The translations under genes were made by a program, and so were the position numbers. Below are positions 18,895-31,364 of a stretch of 64,000 nt of DNA, one piece after another. The DNA is from Planctomycetota bacterium (GTDB lineage: Bacteria > Planctomycetota > UBA1135 > UBA2386): positions 7,840,001 through 7,904,000 of the forward strand of contig OZ245006.1 in assembly GCA_965223545.1 (NCBI GenBank), read 5' to 3'. Numbering within the stretch: position 1 is the first letter of the stretch; every line of letters starts with the position of its first letter. The notes beneath the pieces were generated by a model. That model was given only the letters and a program-made list of their open reading frames with translations, was not told where the DNA came from and did no database searches.

Positions 18895-19001
18895 CAGCCT
18901 GCTGCGACGCCAGGGCTTGTGAGTGCGACCGGCGCGCGGGACGATGCCATGATGGAACCCGAGCGCCGACCCGCGGGCCCCCCGGAATCGGTGCGCGCCG
19001 C
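18895..19001 (+). repeat. 107-bp direct repeat, copy 1
   Basis: Matches 21798-21904 with one mismatch. Confidence 0.95.
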
Positions 19002-19081
19002 TGCGCCAGATTCGGCGTGCATGAGGAGCGCCTCCCACGTTGGGCGTTATCACCATGTGACCCCTTTATTGAGTGGAAAAA

Positions 19082-20290
19082 ATGCATCGTAAGATGAACA
19101 TTGTGGCACTCCTGTTCTCCGGGGCTTTGCCTTGTCAGAATACGTGGATCGTTGACGCGAGCGACCGCCCAGGGGCCCATTTCACAGACCTGCCTCCCGC
19201 GGTTGAATCGGCGGCTCCCGGAGACACGCTCGTCGTTCGAGTAGGGCTTTACTCGAGCACGACTGTGTCCAAGGGGTTACAGATTGTTGCCGCACCTGTC
19301 CCACCCTATAGTTCCAAAAGTGGATTCGAAGTACGGGAAAGTATGACGATCAGTGGCTTGGGCCCGGGGCAGAAGTGTACCATCAGGGGGCTTTTTCCGG
19401 TCACTGTTCCGCGATTTCAACTGAACATTTGGGAGAATGCCGGACCAGTCTATGTCGACTCCTTTTCCAACCGCAGTTTTGGGAGTGCAGGGGTTTCTAT
19501 CAGAGACTGCGCACAGGTCACTCTGAACTGGTGCTCGATTGACTGGGTTTGGGCGAAATCCAGCGGGGTCCTTATCTCTGAATCCATGATCGGAGTTAGG
19601 CGCGACCCAATGGCGGGCATCGATGTTTGTGAGGCGCGTATCGTAATTGCGTCCTCCTCCGTGGTTGCGTCAGGGAGGATGCTCGGGGTGGGTTGTCAAG
19701 TGACCACGTCCCCGTTGCCAGCGCTCCGTGCTGTAGATAGCGATATCCTCGTAACTGGTCCTTCGGCAATTATTGGTGGCCAGGCCATTCGCCGGGGGTG
19801 CGAAGGCGTACAGGTCGACGGTGTGTCCGGGCGTCGCGGCTCGATTGTTCTTGGCAGCCTAGCGCGCGTCGATGGTATCGCAGGTAGCATCAGGGTGATA
19901 CGTCAAGATTATCCCCATATCGGCGCACATAATGCGATGGGGTTGGGGGTCGTATCGCTTACGCTGTGGGGTCCGGCAAATGCCGCTTCGGTAATACTCA
20001 CGAGCGTGGCGCAGCCAGGGCCGTCGCAGCCACTTGGCGCATCCCCTGGCTGGCCGGGCATTTGGGTGGGATCCATTTTTGCTGCCGTGCATGCCGCAAC
20101 TCTGCCGGCGACGGGACGCGCAAGTATTGAGTATCCCTTGCCGGGAGCCTTGCCACCATCATGGGTTGGCTTGCCGGTCGCTTTTCAGGCACTGACGCTA
20201 TCCAGCTTGGGGGTCGTCGATGTGTCCACTGCTAGTGTGGTGCGTCAGACAGATGGGAATTATCCGCGAGTGCGGCCTTGGCTCGGGTGA
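19082..20290 (+). CDS. Secreted beta-helix-like protein; 3' end interrupted by IS630
   Basis: WIVDASDRPGAHFTDLPPAVESAAPGDTLVV; lower GC than neighbours; native tail lies at 21405-21427. Confidence 0.75.
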   Translation: MHRKMNIVALLFSGALPCQNTWIVDASDRPGAHFTDLPPAVESAAPGDTLVVRVGLYSSTTVSKGLQIVAAPVPPYSSKSGFEVRESMTISGLGPGQKCTIRGLFPVTVPRFQLNIWENAGPVYVDSFSNRSFGSAGVSIRDCAQVTLNWCSIDWVWAKSSGVLISESMIGVRRDPMAGIDVCEARIVIASSSVVASGRMLGVGCQVTTSPLPALRAVDSDILVTGPSAIIGGQAIRRGCEGVQVDGVSGRRGSIVLGSLARVDGIAGSIRVIRQDYPHIGAHNAMGLGVVSLTLWGPANAASVILTSVAQPGPSQPLGASPGWPGIWVGSIFAAVHAATLPATGRASIEYPLPGALPPSWVGLPVAFQALTLSSLGVVDVSTASVVRQTDGNYPRVRPWLG

Positions 20291-21332
20291 CCTTGGCCAG
20301 GATGTCGCTTGCTTTGGCCGTCCAGATGAACGGTTTGGGGTCCATGTTGTGCTGCTCGATGTATGCCTGAATCGCTTCGATGAGTCGTCGGACGCTCGGG
20401 AACGCGCCGCGCCGGATTCGTTTTGTAGTGATGTCGCGAAAGAAGCGCTCGACCATGTTGAGCCACGACGCACTCGTTGGCGTGAAGTGCATGTGAAACC
20501 GAGGGTGACGCTTCAACCAGCGCTTCACCTTCGCGTGCTTGTGGGTCGAGTAGTTGTCAGCAATGATGTGGACGTCCAGGTGCTTGGGGACCTCCGCGTC
20601 GATCAGTCGGAGGAACTTCAACCATTCGATGTGCCGATGCCGCGGTGCACACATGCTGATGATCTTGCCGGTTGCGGTGTTCATCGCGGCGAAGAGCGTG
20701 GACGTCCCGTTGCGCTTGTAGTCGTGAGTGACGGTCTTGGTACGGCCCGAGCGAAAGGGCAGGGAGGGCTGCGTCCGATCGAGCGCTTGGATCTGCGACT
20801 TCTCGTCGCAGCTGAGCACAATCGCGTTCTCGGGAGGGCTCAGATAAAGGCCGACGACGTCCTCGAGCTTCTCGACGAAGTTGGGGTCACGACTGACTTT
20901 GAAGGTGCGGAAGAGGTGCGGCTTCAGCCCGTGTGCAACCCAGATTCGGCGAATCGTCGCCGCACTCACGTCGACCAGCTTCGCCATGTCGCGAGTGCTC
21001 CAGTGCGTGGCGTTCGGTGGATCCTCCTGCGTCGTGATCCGAATGATCTCGGCGACAGTTTCCTCGTCTATGGTACGTGGGCGACCGCGGCCAGGTGCGT
21101 CTTTTTCGATGCCCGCTATGCGCTCCTCGGAGAACCGTTTGCGCCACAGGCTCACGGTCTTCTGCTGTGTCTCGAGCTTCTCCGCGATCTCCTTGTTCAG
21201 CATTCCTGCTGCAGCGTGCAGAACGATCTTTGCGCGCAGGACGAGGCGCGCCGGCGTGCTTCGGCCTCTGGCAAACTTGTGCAACTGCCTTCGCTCGTCT
21301 TCGGTGAGTGTGATCGGAACTGCTACTCGCAT
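20232..21332 (-). CDS. IS630 transposase
   Basis: CDEKSQIQAL, ADNYSTHK and WLNMVERFF (DDE) plus N-terminal HTH. Confidence 0.97.
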   Translation of the reverse strand: MRVAVPITLTEDERRQLHKFARGRSTPARLVLRAKIVLHAAAGMLNKEIAEKLETQQKTVSLWRKRFSEERIAGIEKDAPGRGRPRTIDEETVAEIIRITTQEDPPNATHWSTRDMAKLVDVSAATIRRIWVAHGLKPHLFRTFKVSRDPNFVEKLEDVVGLYLSPPENAIVLSCDEKSQIQALDRTQPSLPFRSGRTKTVTHDYKRNGTSTLFAAMNTATGKIISMCAPRHRHIEWLKFLRLIDAEVPKHLDVHIIADNYSTHKHAKVKRWLKRHPRFHMHFTPTSASWLNMVERFFRDITTKRIRRGAFPSVRRLIEAIQAYIEQHNMDPKPFIWTAKASDILAKVTRAKAALADNSHLSDAPH

Positions 21333-21402
21333 CGTGGTGGCCTCCCACGATACACAACGCGCGCGCGCCCAAATAATTACACCTATTTACGAGGCACTAC
21401 AC
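20235..21402 (-). mobile_element. IS630-family insertion sequence
   Basis: Imperfect TIRs (GTGTGGTGCGTC.. / ..GAGGCACTACAC); TA duplicated within a CTAG target. Confidence 0.92.
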
Positions 21403-21458
21403 TAGCGTGACCGTGCTGGGGTACTAAGTGGTGCTAAGCACGGCGGGGCTTTGCCAAG

Positions 21459-21790
21459 ATGTCCGAGCCCGGGATACGGACCCTGGTGGAGCGGATCGAG
21501 ATGGAGGTCTCGACTCTGTGCGAACATCGGTCGTTCCGTTGGCTCGTAGTGCTCTGTGACGGCAAGGAGTTCGTCTGGCGCATGGCTGAGGTCGCTGGGT
21601 GTGCCAAGAGCCCGCGACCTTCATCCTCGACTGCGACCACGGATCGTCCTACATCGCGGACGCGGGCGACGCGATCTACGGAGACAGGACGCCGGAGGCC
21701 GAGCGTAGGCATCGGTGATGGCGCGACGAACTGCAGCGCGACGGAAACGCCGTCGACACCGGATCGTAGCGCGATCGCGCTTGCGGAAAG
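21459..21790 (+). pseudogene. Degraded transposase fragment (ISKra4/ISLre2-like)
   Basis: VVLCDGKEFVW, then after a frameshift ATFILDCDHGSSYIADAGDAIYG..*WRDEL. Confidence 0.6.
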
Positions 21791-21797
21791 CCGCACA

Positions 21798-21904
21798 CAG
21801 CCTGCTGCGACGCCAGGGCTTGTGAGTGCGACCGGCGCGCGGGACGATGCCATGATGGAACCCCAGCGCCGACCCGCGGGCCCCCCGGAATCGGTGCGCG
21901 CCGC
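21798..21904 (+). repeat. 107-bp direct repeat, copy 2 (contains the start of the downstream gene)
   Basis: Matches 18895-19001. Confidence 0.95.
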
Positions 21905-23123
21905 GGCCGCCGCGCTCCCCTCGCGCCGCCATGCGGAGATGCTGTACGACGCGGTCGTCGCCCTGATCGGCAGCGCGGGCTGGGAGGAGACGGCGAACGG
22001 CGGTGCGATGCGGCGGTTGTTCCGGCGCGATCCGCACCATGCGTCGCAGATCGTGCCTTGGCCGGTGCTCGAGCTCAGCATCGGCCGCCGGTTCGCCGTC
22101 GTCACCGACTGGGTACCCTTCGGCGTGGAGCCCATCGATGTGCCGCCTCCGCCGCCGGCAAAGCCGCCGAAGCTGCGCGGGCTCGGCGCGGGCGAGATCC
22201 GCCTCGTGGACGGGCCCGAGCACATCGAGATCGTCTACGGCGACGACGGTGCCAAGCTCGAGACCTGCCGGTCGCACCATCGCCATCCGCTCGCCGCCTT
22301 GCCGAGTGCGGTCGCGGCCGAAGGCGGGAATCCGACCGAGTTGCTCGCGCAGTTCATCGCCGGGCTCGCCCCGACCCGTCACGGCCCGGGGTGCATCCAA
22401 CTGCCGGTGGCGATGCCGCACGGCGCGCAGGGCGTTTGGTGTTGCGGACTCGGGGCGTTGCGACGCGCGCTGTTCGAGGAACGCGTGGGGCGGGGTGCGA
22501 GGTGGGCGGTCGCCGATGGGATGACCGGCACGGCGGTCGCCTCCGGCGAAACGCGGGAGGAGGCGCTGTCGCGCTGGCGCACCGCGGTCGCCGAGCGCTT
22601 GCCTTGGCCCGAGCCGCAGTCCGAGCCGGAAACGCCGCCGGACCTTCCCCCCGGCACGATGACGATCCGCGCGCCCGAGCCCGACGTGCCACTGCCCGAC
22701 GCCGTCCCCGCAAACGTTCCCGCCGTGCTCGTGCCGATCGAGCCCGCGCCGGCGGCGCCACCCACCTTCGGCTCGTGGATCACGCTGCTCGGCGCGTACG
22801 GAGCGACGTTCTTTGCCGCGTGCCGCCGCAAGCGCGCGGGCTTCACGCTGATCGGCCGAGAAGCTCTGGAGGTCGTCGACTTCGAGCGCCTGGATGCCGA
22901 GATGGACTGCGTCGACGACGCCCAGGAAGAGCAGTTTCTCGACGCCATCGCGAGGACCCCGGGGGGTGCCCAGCGTTGGCCGTGCCGGACGACGACCTAT
23001 CGGGTGCGCGACGACGGCGGCCTGGTCTTCGACAGTTCCCACGAGGGGCCGGAGTGGCGGGCGGACCACCTGGACGGCGACGCCGTCGTGCGGCGCGTCG
23101 TACGGCAACGTTGGGTGCAGTGA
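21852..23123 (+). CDS. Hypothetical protein (423 aa)
   Basis: Host-like codon pattern from MMEPQRR; no recognisable motif. Confidence 0.65.
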   Translation: MMEPQRRPAGPPESVRAAAAALPSRRHAEMLYDAVVALIGSAGWEETANGGAMRRLFRRDPHHASQIVPWPVLELSIGRRFAVVTDWVPFGVEPIDVPPPPPAKPPKLRGLGAGEIRLVDGPEHIEIVYGDDGAKLETCRSHHRHPLAALPSAVAAEGGNPTELLAQFIAGLAPTRHGPGCIQLPVAMPHGAQGVWCCGLGALRRALFEERVGRGARWAVADGMTGTAVASGETREEALSRWRTAVAERLPWPEPQSEPETPPDLPPGTMTIRAPEPDVPLPDAVPANVPAVLVPIEPAPAAPPTFGSWITLLGAYGATFFAACRRKRAGFTLIGREALEVVDFERLDAEMDCVDDAQEEQFLDAIARTPGGAQRWPCRTTTYRVRDDGGLVFDSSHEGPEWRADHLDGDAVVRRVVRQRWVQ

Positions 23124-23133
23124 ACGCCGGTGG

Positions 23134-24579
23134 CTACTGCGCCCGGCGCAGCTCGACCAGGTGGGGGAGGGTGAAGCGGTCCTCGGCAACCGCGTAGGCG
23201 ATTCCGTCGAGGGCGTCTCCGATCCGCCGGAGATCGAAGCGCCAACTGGGAACGGCTCTGAACTCCGTTCCCGGCAAATGGCCGTCGGGGGTGAACGTCG
23301 CCCACAGCCTCGACGAAGAGACGCGCGTGTCGAGGGACCGGACGGTTTGACCGCCGGCGGACAAGGTCGTGGCGTGCACACCGATGTCGAGCACGACCTT
23401 TAGCGCGCCGTTTTCGAGCTGCACCGCGCCCCTCCAGGTTCCGTCCATGGGCGGGGCGCCGCGGTTGCCTCCGGGTCTGAGTGGCTGTCGCCAGTCCGCG
23501 CCCTCTTCGTAGCCGAGGTCCGCGATCAACTGCTGTTGGACGGCGCGCAGGGCTCGCGGCGCACCGTTCGTCAGCAGGACGAACCCATCGTCGGCGTCCG
23601 GATAACCGCGGACGAACCCCGGCAGCTCATCGAGGTAGATGTACTCGGGCTTCGGCCACGGACCGATGCGCCATCCGATGCCCCGTCCACGACCATCCTT
23701 GCGGTCGATGGCCGTGCGCATGCGGCGGGTGAGGTTCTCGTTCAGGATTCGCTCACCGCCAACCGCACCGTCTTGCAGATGCAGGAGCAGGAACCGGGCT
23801 TGGTCGGAGGCGGAACTCCAGAATCCGTACGCGGCTGGATTGCTGCTCTTCGCCGGCGCGACCGGCGAGAAGCCGCCGGAGACTTCTCTCCGGTAAAGGG
23901 TTGCCGCCTTGCTTTCGTCGGGAGCAAGACCGGTGGCCCGCAGCCCCAGGTGAGCAAAGAGCTCTTGCCGGAGGAACCGATCCCAAGGTTGCTCGGTCGC
24001 GTGCTCGACCACGCGCGCCAGAGCGACATAGCCGATGTTGGTGGGGCGCGGCCACTCGGCGTAGCTGGCCGTGACTCCGAATGCGCGGAGGGTCTCCTCC
24101 AGGGCCGGGACCCTCTCGTCGGCGTCGTAGAAGCTCCAATGCACTGGCAAACCGGCAGCGTGCCCCATCACCGCCTCGATGGTCACCGAGTCTGCATCGC
24201 TCGCGGGGAAGCGCAGCTTGGCGCCTGGTAGAGCGTCGTTGAGGAGGGTGTCGAGCTCGAGGACGTCGCGGTCGACCAAGATCATCAAACCGGTCGCCGT
24301 CAGGACCTCCGAGAGTCGTCCAACCGGGTAGACCGTCTCCGGCGTAGCCGGGCGCCGCGTCGCGACGTCGGCCATACCAAATCCCTCTGCCCAGACGGTC
24401 TTTCCCCCACGCAGCACGACGATCGAGGCTCCCGGGAGATCGCCGTCGTCGATGGCTCGCTGGAGCAAGCGACGCGTTTCCAGAAACTGGTCGGGCGCGG
24501 CGATCTCCTGCGCGGCGGGTCCGGCGGCCACCGCGATTACGGAGCACGCGAGAGCGGCATCTTGGCACCGACTCGTCAT
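23134..24579 (-). CDS. Secreted beta-lactamase-fold protein, catalytic motif altered (copy B)
   Basis: Full-length paralog of 15099-16562; GRLSE in place of SxxK. Confidence 0.85.
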   Translation of the reverse strand: MTSRCQDAALACSVIAVAAGPAAQEIAAPDQFLETRRLLQRAIDDGDLPGASIVVLRGGKTVWAEGFGMADVATRRPATPETVYPVGRLSEVLTATGLMILVDRDVLELDTLLNDALPGAKLRFPASDADSVTIEAVMGHAAGLPVHWSFYDADERVPALEETLRAFGVTASYAEWPRPTNIGYVALARVVEHATEQPWDRFLRQELFAHLGLRATGLAPDESKAATLYRREVSGGFSPVAPAKSSNPAAYGFWSSASDQARFLLLHLQDGAVGGERILNENLTRRMRTAIDRKDGRGRGIGWRIGPWPKPEYIYLDELPGFVRGYPDADDGFVLLTNGAPRALRAVQQQLIADLGYEEGADWRQPLRPGGNRGAPPMDGTWRGAVQLENGALKVVLDIGVHATTLSAGGQTVRSLDTRVSSSRLWATFTPDGHLPGTEFRAVPSWRFDLRRIGDALDGIAYAVAEDRFTLPHLVELRRAQ

Positions 24580-24854
24580 GTGGGCAGCTTACGCTCCGCC
24601 CGGCCTCGCGGCGCCTCAGGGGGAAAGGGCTGGATTTCGTCAACCGGAGCCGCGCGCGGAGACGGTTCCTGGGCAGAAGAATGACCTCCAGAGTCTCTAC
24701 GCTGTTGTTCGTTGCGGGGCGGCCGCTGCGGCCGCGACGCAGACCGTGGCGCTGCGACCCCCCAGAACTGCTTTCGACAGGGCCGCTTGGTCCGAGCAGG
24801 TCGAAGCGACCGCCGCCGCCGTCCGAGAGGCCAACGTGATGGCGGTCTGGGCCC

Positions 24855-28184
<3,330 letters not shown>

Positions 28185-28246
28185 CGAGAAAGGCGGGGGG
28201 GGTCACGCGGATCACGCAGTGCCGCGGTCGGGCGCGACTTCGTCGC

Positions 28247-30118
28247 TCATTGGACCACGACGCGCAGCACGTTGCTCGCGCTGAGCAGGGCGCCACTGCA
28301 GGCCGCCGGGTTGATCCAGGCGAACTGGAAGCTCGCGCTCGCCCCTGCGGGAACCGTCGCGAGCGGCAGCGGCACGGTGATCGTCGTCGGCGCGCCGGGA
28401 ATCGGCAGCGCCAACGAGAACGGCAGCAGATGGCTCCCGAGGATCGGTTGCAGCGGGCCGCACGACGCGGTGACGTCCACCAGCAGCGCGCCACTCGGCG
28501 GAGTCGTGCCCGCCGCCGGCATGCCCGAGCAGCGCAGGGCGCACGCGGTGCTGCCACTCGCCGGCCACGCAGTGACTCCGGTGAACAGGCGCGCGCCACA
28601 GGTCGGCGAGTCGAGCGCGCAGCGCTGCGCTCCCGCCGGCAGCAAGTTGAAGCGCGCGACGGTGATGTCCCAGCCACCTGAGTGCGGATTGGTGGCAAAC
28701 GGGACCGTGGCCTGCGCGGCGCCGGCCCACACGATGCCGCCGAGCGGATCGGGCGCCGCCGCGAGGAGAGCGGTGTAGGTGGTGCCCGGCGTACCGAAGA
28801 AGCTGGCGTACTGGATGCGATCCGCCGCGGGGTCGAACTGCGCGACGAACGAGCACGGCAGCGCGCCGCTCTGCACGGTGCAGGGTTGTGTTGGCTGTAG
28901 GCTTCCCGCGTTCGTACCCGGCAGCGTGGCGGAGGCCGTCGAGCCGACCAGCGTCACCAACCCCGCGGCGTCGACCGAGATCCCGTTGCCGCCGTCGTCG
29001 CGGCCGCCGCCGTAGTAGGTTCCCCAGACGACCTGGCCGGAGCCCGCGCGTCGCGGGTCGAGGCCGAACACGAACGCGTCGTAGACGCTGGCCAAGAGCG
29101 GCTGTGGTGCCCCCGCCGTCACCGGCAGATCAGCGGACCGCGTGTGTCCGGTGATCCAGAGGACGCCGTTGTGCTCGGCCAGGGCGTTGCCGTTTTCGAG
29201 CAGTGTGCCGCCGAAGTAGGTCGACCACACGAGCTGGCTCGCCGGCGGCAGGGAGGGGTCCAGCTGGCAGAGCACGACGTCGGTCGCGCCGCCCGAGAAC
29301 TGGCGTTGGAACGCGTTGGCGGTGGTGGGAAAGGCGTTGGAGTCGGTTTCCGCGAGCACCGTGACGACGCCGCGGGCATCGACGTGCAGGTCGCTGGGCG
29401 TCAAGGCGGGCTCGCTCCCCGCGCTGCCGAGATAGGTCGAGTAGCGCATTGCAGCGCGACCGGCGATGTTGGGGTCGAAGTGGGTCACGAACAGGTCCGG
29501 CGGGCCCGGCGCCGCCGTCGCCCACGCATTGGCGGTGGTGGGAAAGTCGGACGATGTGGTCTTGCCGTGGACCCAGATCGAGCCGGTGCGATCGGTGTGC
29601 ACGTCGGAGGCATCGTCGTCGCCGCCGCCACCGAGGAACGTGGCGTAGCGCAACGCGCCGCCTTTGGCGTCGAGCACGGCGACGAACGCGTCGAGTCCCG
29701 GCGCCAGCGACGCTTGTGTCGCGGTGCTCGTGGTCACGGGGAAATCGGCGGAACTGGTGGCACCCGCGATGACCACGCGTCCCGTGACCGGATCATGGCA
29801 GACCGCGTTGGCCCAATCGTCGCGGTTGCCGCCGAGAGTCACGGTCCAGAGCACGGCTCCGGCCGGCGACAGATGGGCGACCAGCGCGTCCTGTGCGCCG
29901 GCAGTGGGCTGAGTGGTGGTCGAACCGACGACGAAGCTGCTGCCGTCATCGAGGGCGCACACGCCCCTGGTGGACCAGCAGACCTCGTCGCCGGCTCCGC
30001 CGACGTGAACCGCCCAATCGATCCCTCCGTTTTGCGCCGCGGCGAAGGCGTTCGAGAGTGCGAGGCACAGGCCGATGCGGGCGCCCGTGCAGAAGCCGCC
30101 AGGTTGTCTTGTCGTCAT
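28247..30118 (-). CDS. Secreted SBBP-type beta-propeller protein with C-terminal domain
   Basis: Repeated YSTYLG/WSTYFGG, T.S.DFP.T and DAFV motifs; signal peptide. Confidence 0.88.
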   Translation of the reverse strand: MTTRQPGGFCTGARIGLCLALSNAFAAAQNGGIDWAVHVGGAGDEVCWSTRGVCALDDGSSFVVGSTTTQPTAGAQDALVAHLSPAGAVLWTVTLGGNRDDWANAVCHDPVTGRVVIAGATSSADFPVTTSTATQASLAPGLDAFVAVLDAKGGALRYATFLGGGGDDDASDVHTDRTGSIWVHGKTTSSDFPTTANAWATAAPGPPDLFVTHFDPNIAGRAAMRYSTYLGSAGSEPALTPSDLHVDARGVVTVLAETDSNAFPTTANAFQRQFSGGATDVVLCQLDPSLPPASQLVWSTYFGGTLLENGNALAEHNGVLWITGHTRSADLPVTAGAPQPLLASVYDAFVFGLDPRRAGSGQVVWGTYYGGGRDDGGNGISVDAAGLVTLVGSTASATLPGTNAGSLQPTQPCTVQSGALPCSFVAQFDPAADRIQYASFFGTPGTTYTALLAAAPDPLGGIVWAGAAQATVPFATNPHSGGWDITVARFNLLPAGAQRCALDSPTCGARLFTGVTAWPASGSTACALRCSGMPAAGTTPPSGALLVDVTASCGPLQPILGSHLLPFSLALPIPGAPTTITVPLPLATVPAGASASFQFAWINPAACSGALLSASNVLRVVVQ

Positions 30119-30228
30119 GGTTGCTGCCCAAGGAGCAATTGGCGGGGGATGTTTCACGCGATCTCGTGTTTCGGCCGGGGCGCGGATCCAAGGCGCCGGC
30201 GCGGCGCGGAGATAAACTCCGGCGCACA

Positions 30229-30888
30229 GTGGATCCCACAAGGTCGAGCGTCGGGCCCGAGCAGGGCGATGGGCTGGTCGCTGCGGCGCAGCGCGGCGAG
30301 CCGGGCGCCATCGACGCGCTGATCGCGGCGCATCTCGACGACCTACGGGCCTACGTGCGTCTGCAGCTGGATCCGCGGCTGCGCGTTCGGGAGTCGAGTT
30401 CCGACGTGGTGCAGTCGGTTTGTCGCGAGGTGCTCCGCGATCTGCCGCGCTTCGGCGACCGCGGCCCCGGGGCGTTCCGCGCTTGGCTGTTTGCGGCCGC
30501 GCTCAACAAGATCCGGCGCAAGCGCGCGTTTCACCGGGCTCGCAAGCGCGACGTGGGGCGTGAGGTCCGGGTCGCGAGCGGCGACCACGGCAGCGGGCCG
30601 GTGCGCGCGGGGCTGTACCTCAGCCTTGCCGGTGGCGAACCCAGTCCGAGCCAGCAGGCCATCGCCCACGAGCAGGCCGAGCGCATCGAGCGCGCGATCG
30701 ACCGGTTGCCCGCTGACTATCGGGAGGTGTTGCTGCTCGCCCGCGTCGTCGGCTTGAGTGGCCGGCAAGTGGCCGAGCGCATGGGGCGCAGCGAAGCCGC
30801 CGTGCGGACGCTGCTGACCCGAGCCGGGATTCGGCTGTTGGCGGCCTTGGAGGAACGCGATGGTGATCCCGAGACGGCGCCGGAATGA
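30229..30888 (+). CDS. ECF sigma factor (kinase-associated type)
   Basis: ESSSDVVQSV, FRAWL, PSPSQ and LPADYREVLLL motifs; GTG start. Confidence 0.92.
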   Translation: MDPTRSSVGPEQGDGLVAAAQRGEPGAIDALIAAHLDDLRAYVRLQLDPRLRVRESSSDVVQSVCREVLRDLPRFGDRGPGAFRAWLFAAALNKIRRKRAFHRARKRDVGREVRVASGDHGSGPVRAGLYLSLAGGEPSPSQQAIAHEQAERIERAIDRLPADYREVLLLARVVGLSGRQVAERMGRSEAAVRTLLTRAGIRLLAALEERDGDPETAPE

Positions 30889-30915
30889 TCGCGCGACGTG
30901 CGCGGACCTCAGGCC

Positions 30916-31287
30916 TCAAGCCAGCAGCCCGTCACCGCCGTCGTCGTGCCGGTCGAGCCAATCGCGCACTCTGCCGACCACGTCGGCGACGTCCGCGCCG
31001 GCCTCGATGGCGACCGACACGTGCCCGTCCGCGCGCGGAACCACGAGTTGGAAGAAGTTGCCGTAGCGGATCAAGAGGTACTTCATGCCACCGCAGTCGA
31101 TCGATCCCCGTTGGGTGGTGAGCTTGAGGAGCGTCGGGTTGACGAGGAGCTCTTCGTAGCGATCCGACTCCGCGCTGCTCGCGCCCCTCGTGTCGGCGCG
31201 GGCCACCGTTGTCAAACGTCCTCCCCGGTAGACCGCGACGTAGCGGATCGCGGCGTTCAGGTGCAACAGCTGCTCCACCAGGCGCAT
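30916..31287 (-). CDS. Hypothetical small protein, possibly roadblock/profilin-like
   Basis: 123 aa with IRYVAVY and EELLVNPTLL..DCGG..IRYG; fold is a guess. Confidence 0.65.
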   Translation of the reverse strand: MRLVEQLLHLNAAIRYVAVYRGGRLTTVARADTRGASSAESDRYEELLVNPTLLKLTTQRGSIDCGGMKYLLIRYGNFFQLVVPRADGHVSVAIEAGADVADVVGRVRDWLDRHDDGGDGLLA

Positions 31288-31364
31288 GGCGAGCAGTCTG
31301 TCATCTAGTCGGGCTCGCGAGAGAAGAGAATCCGGATTTCATTCGGTAGGATGAGGTGGTGGGT

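Noticed and set aside
18895..21904. Diversity-generating retroelement TR/VR pair
   Set aside because: No reverse transcriptase, and the single mismatch is G/C rather than adenine-specific
21459..23123. 554-aa ORF as a single protein
   Set aside because: The first ~130 codons are transposase relic and repeat sequence; the real start is probably 21852
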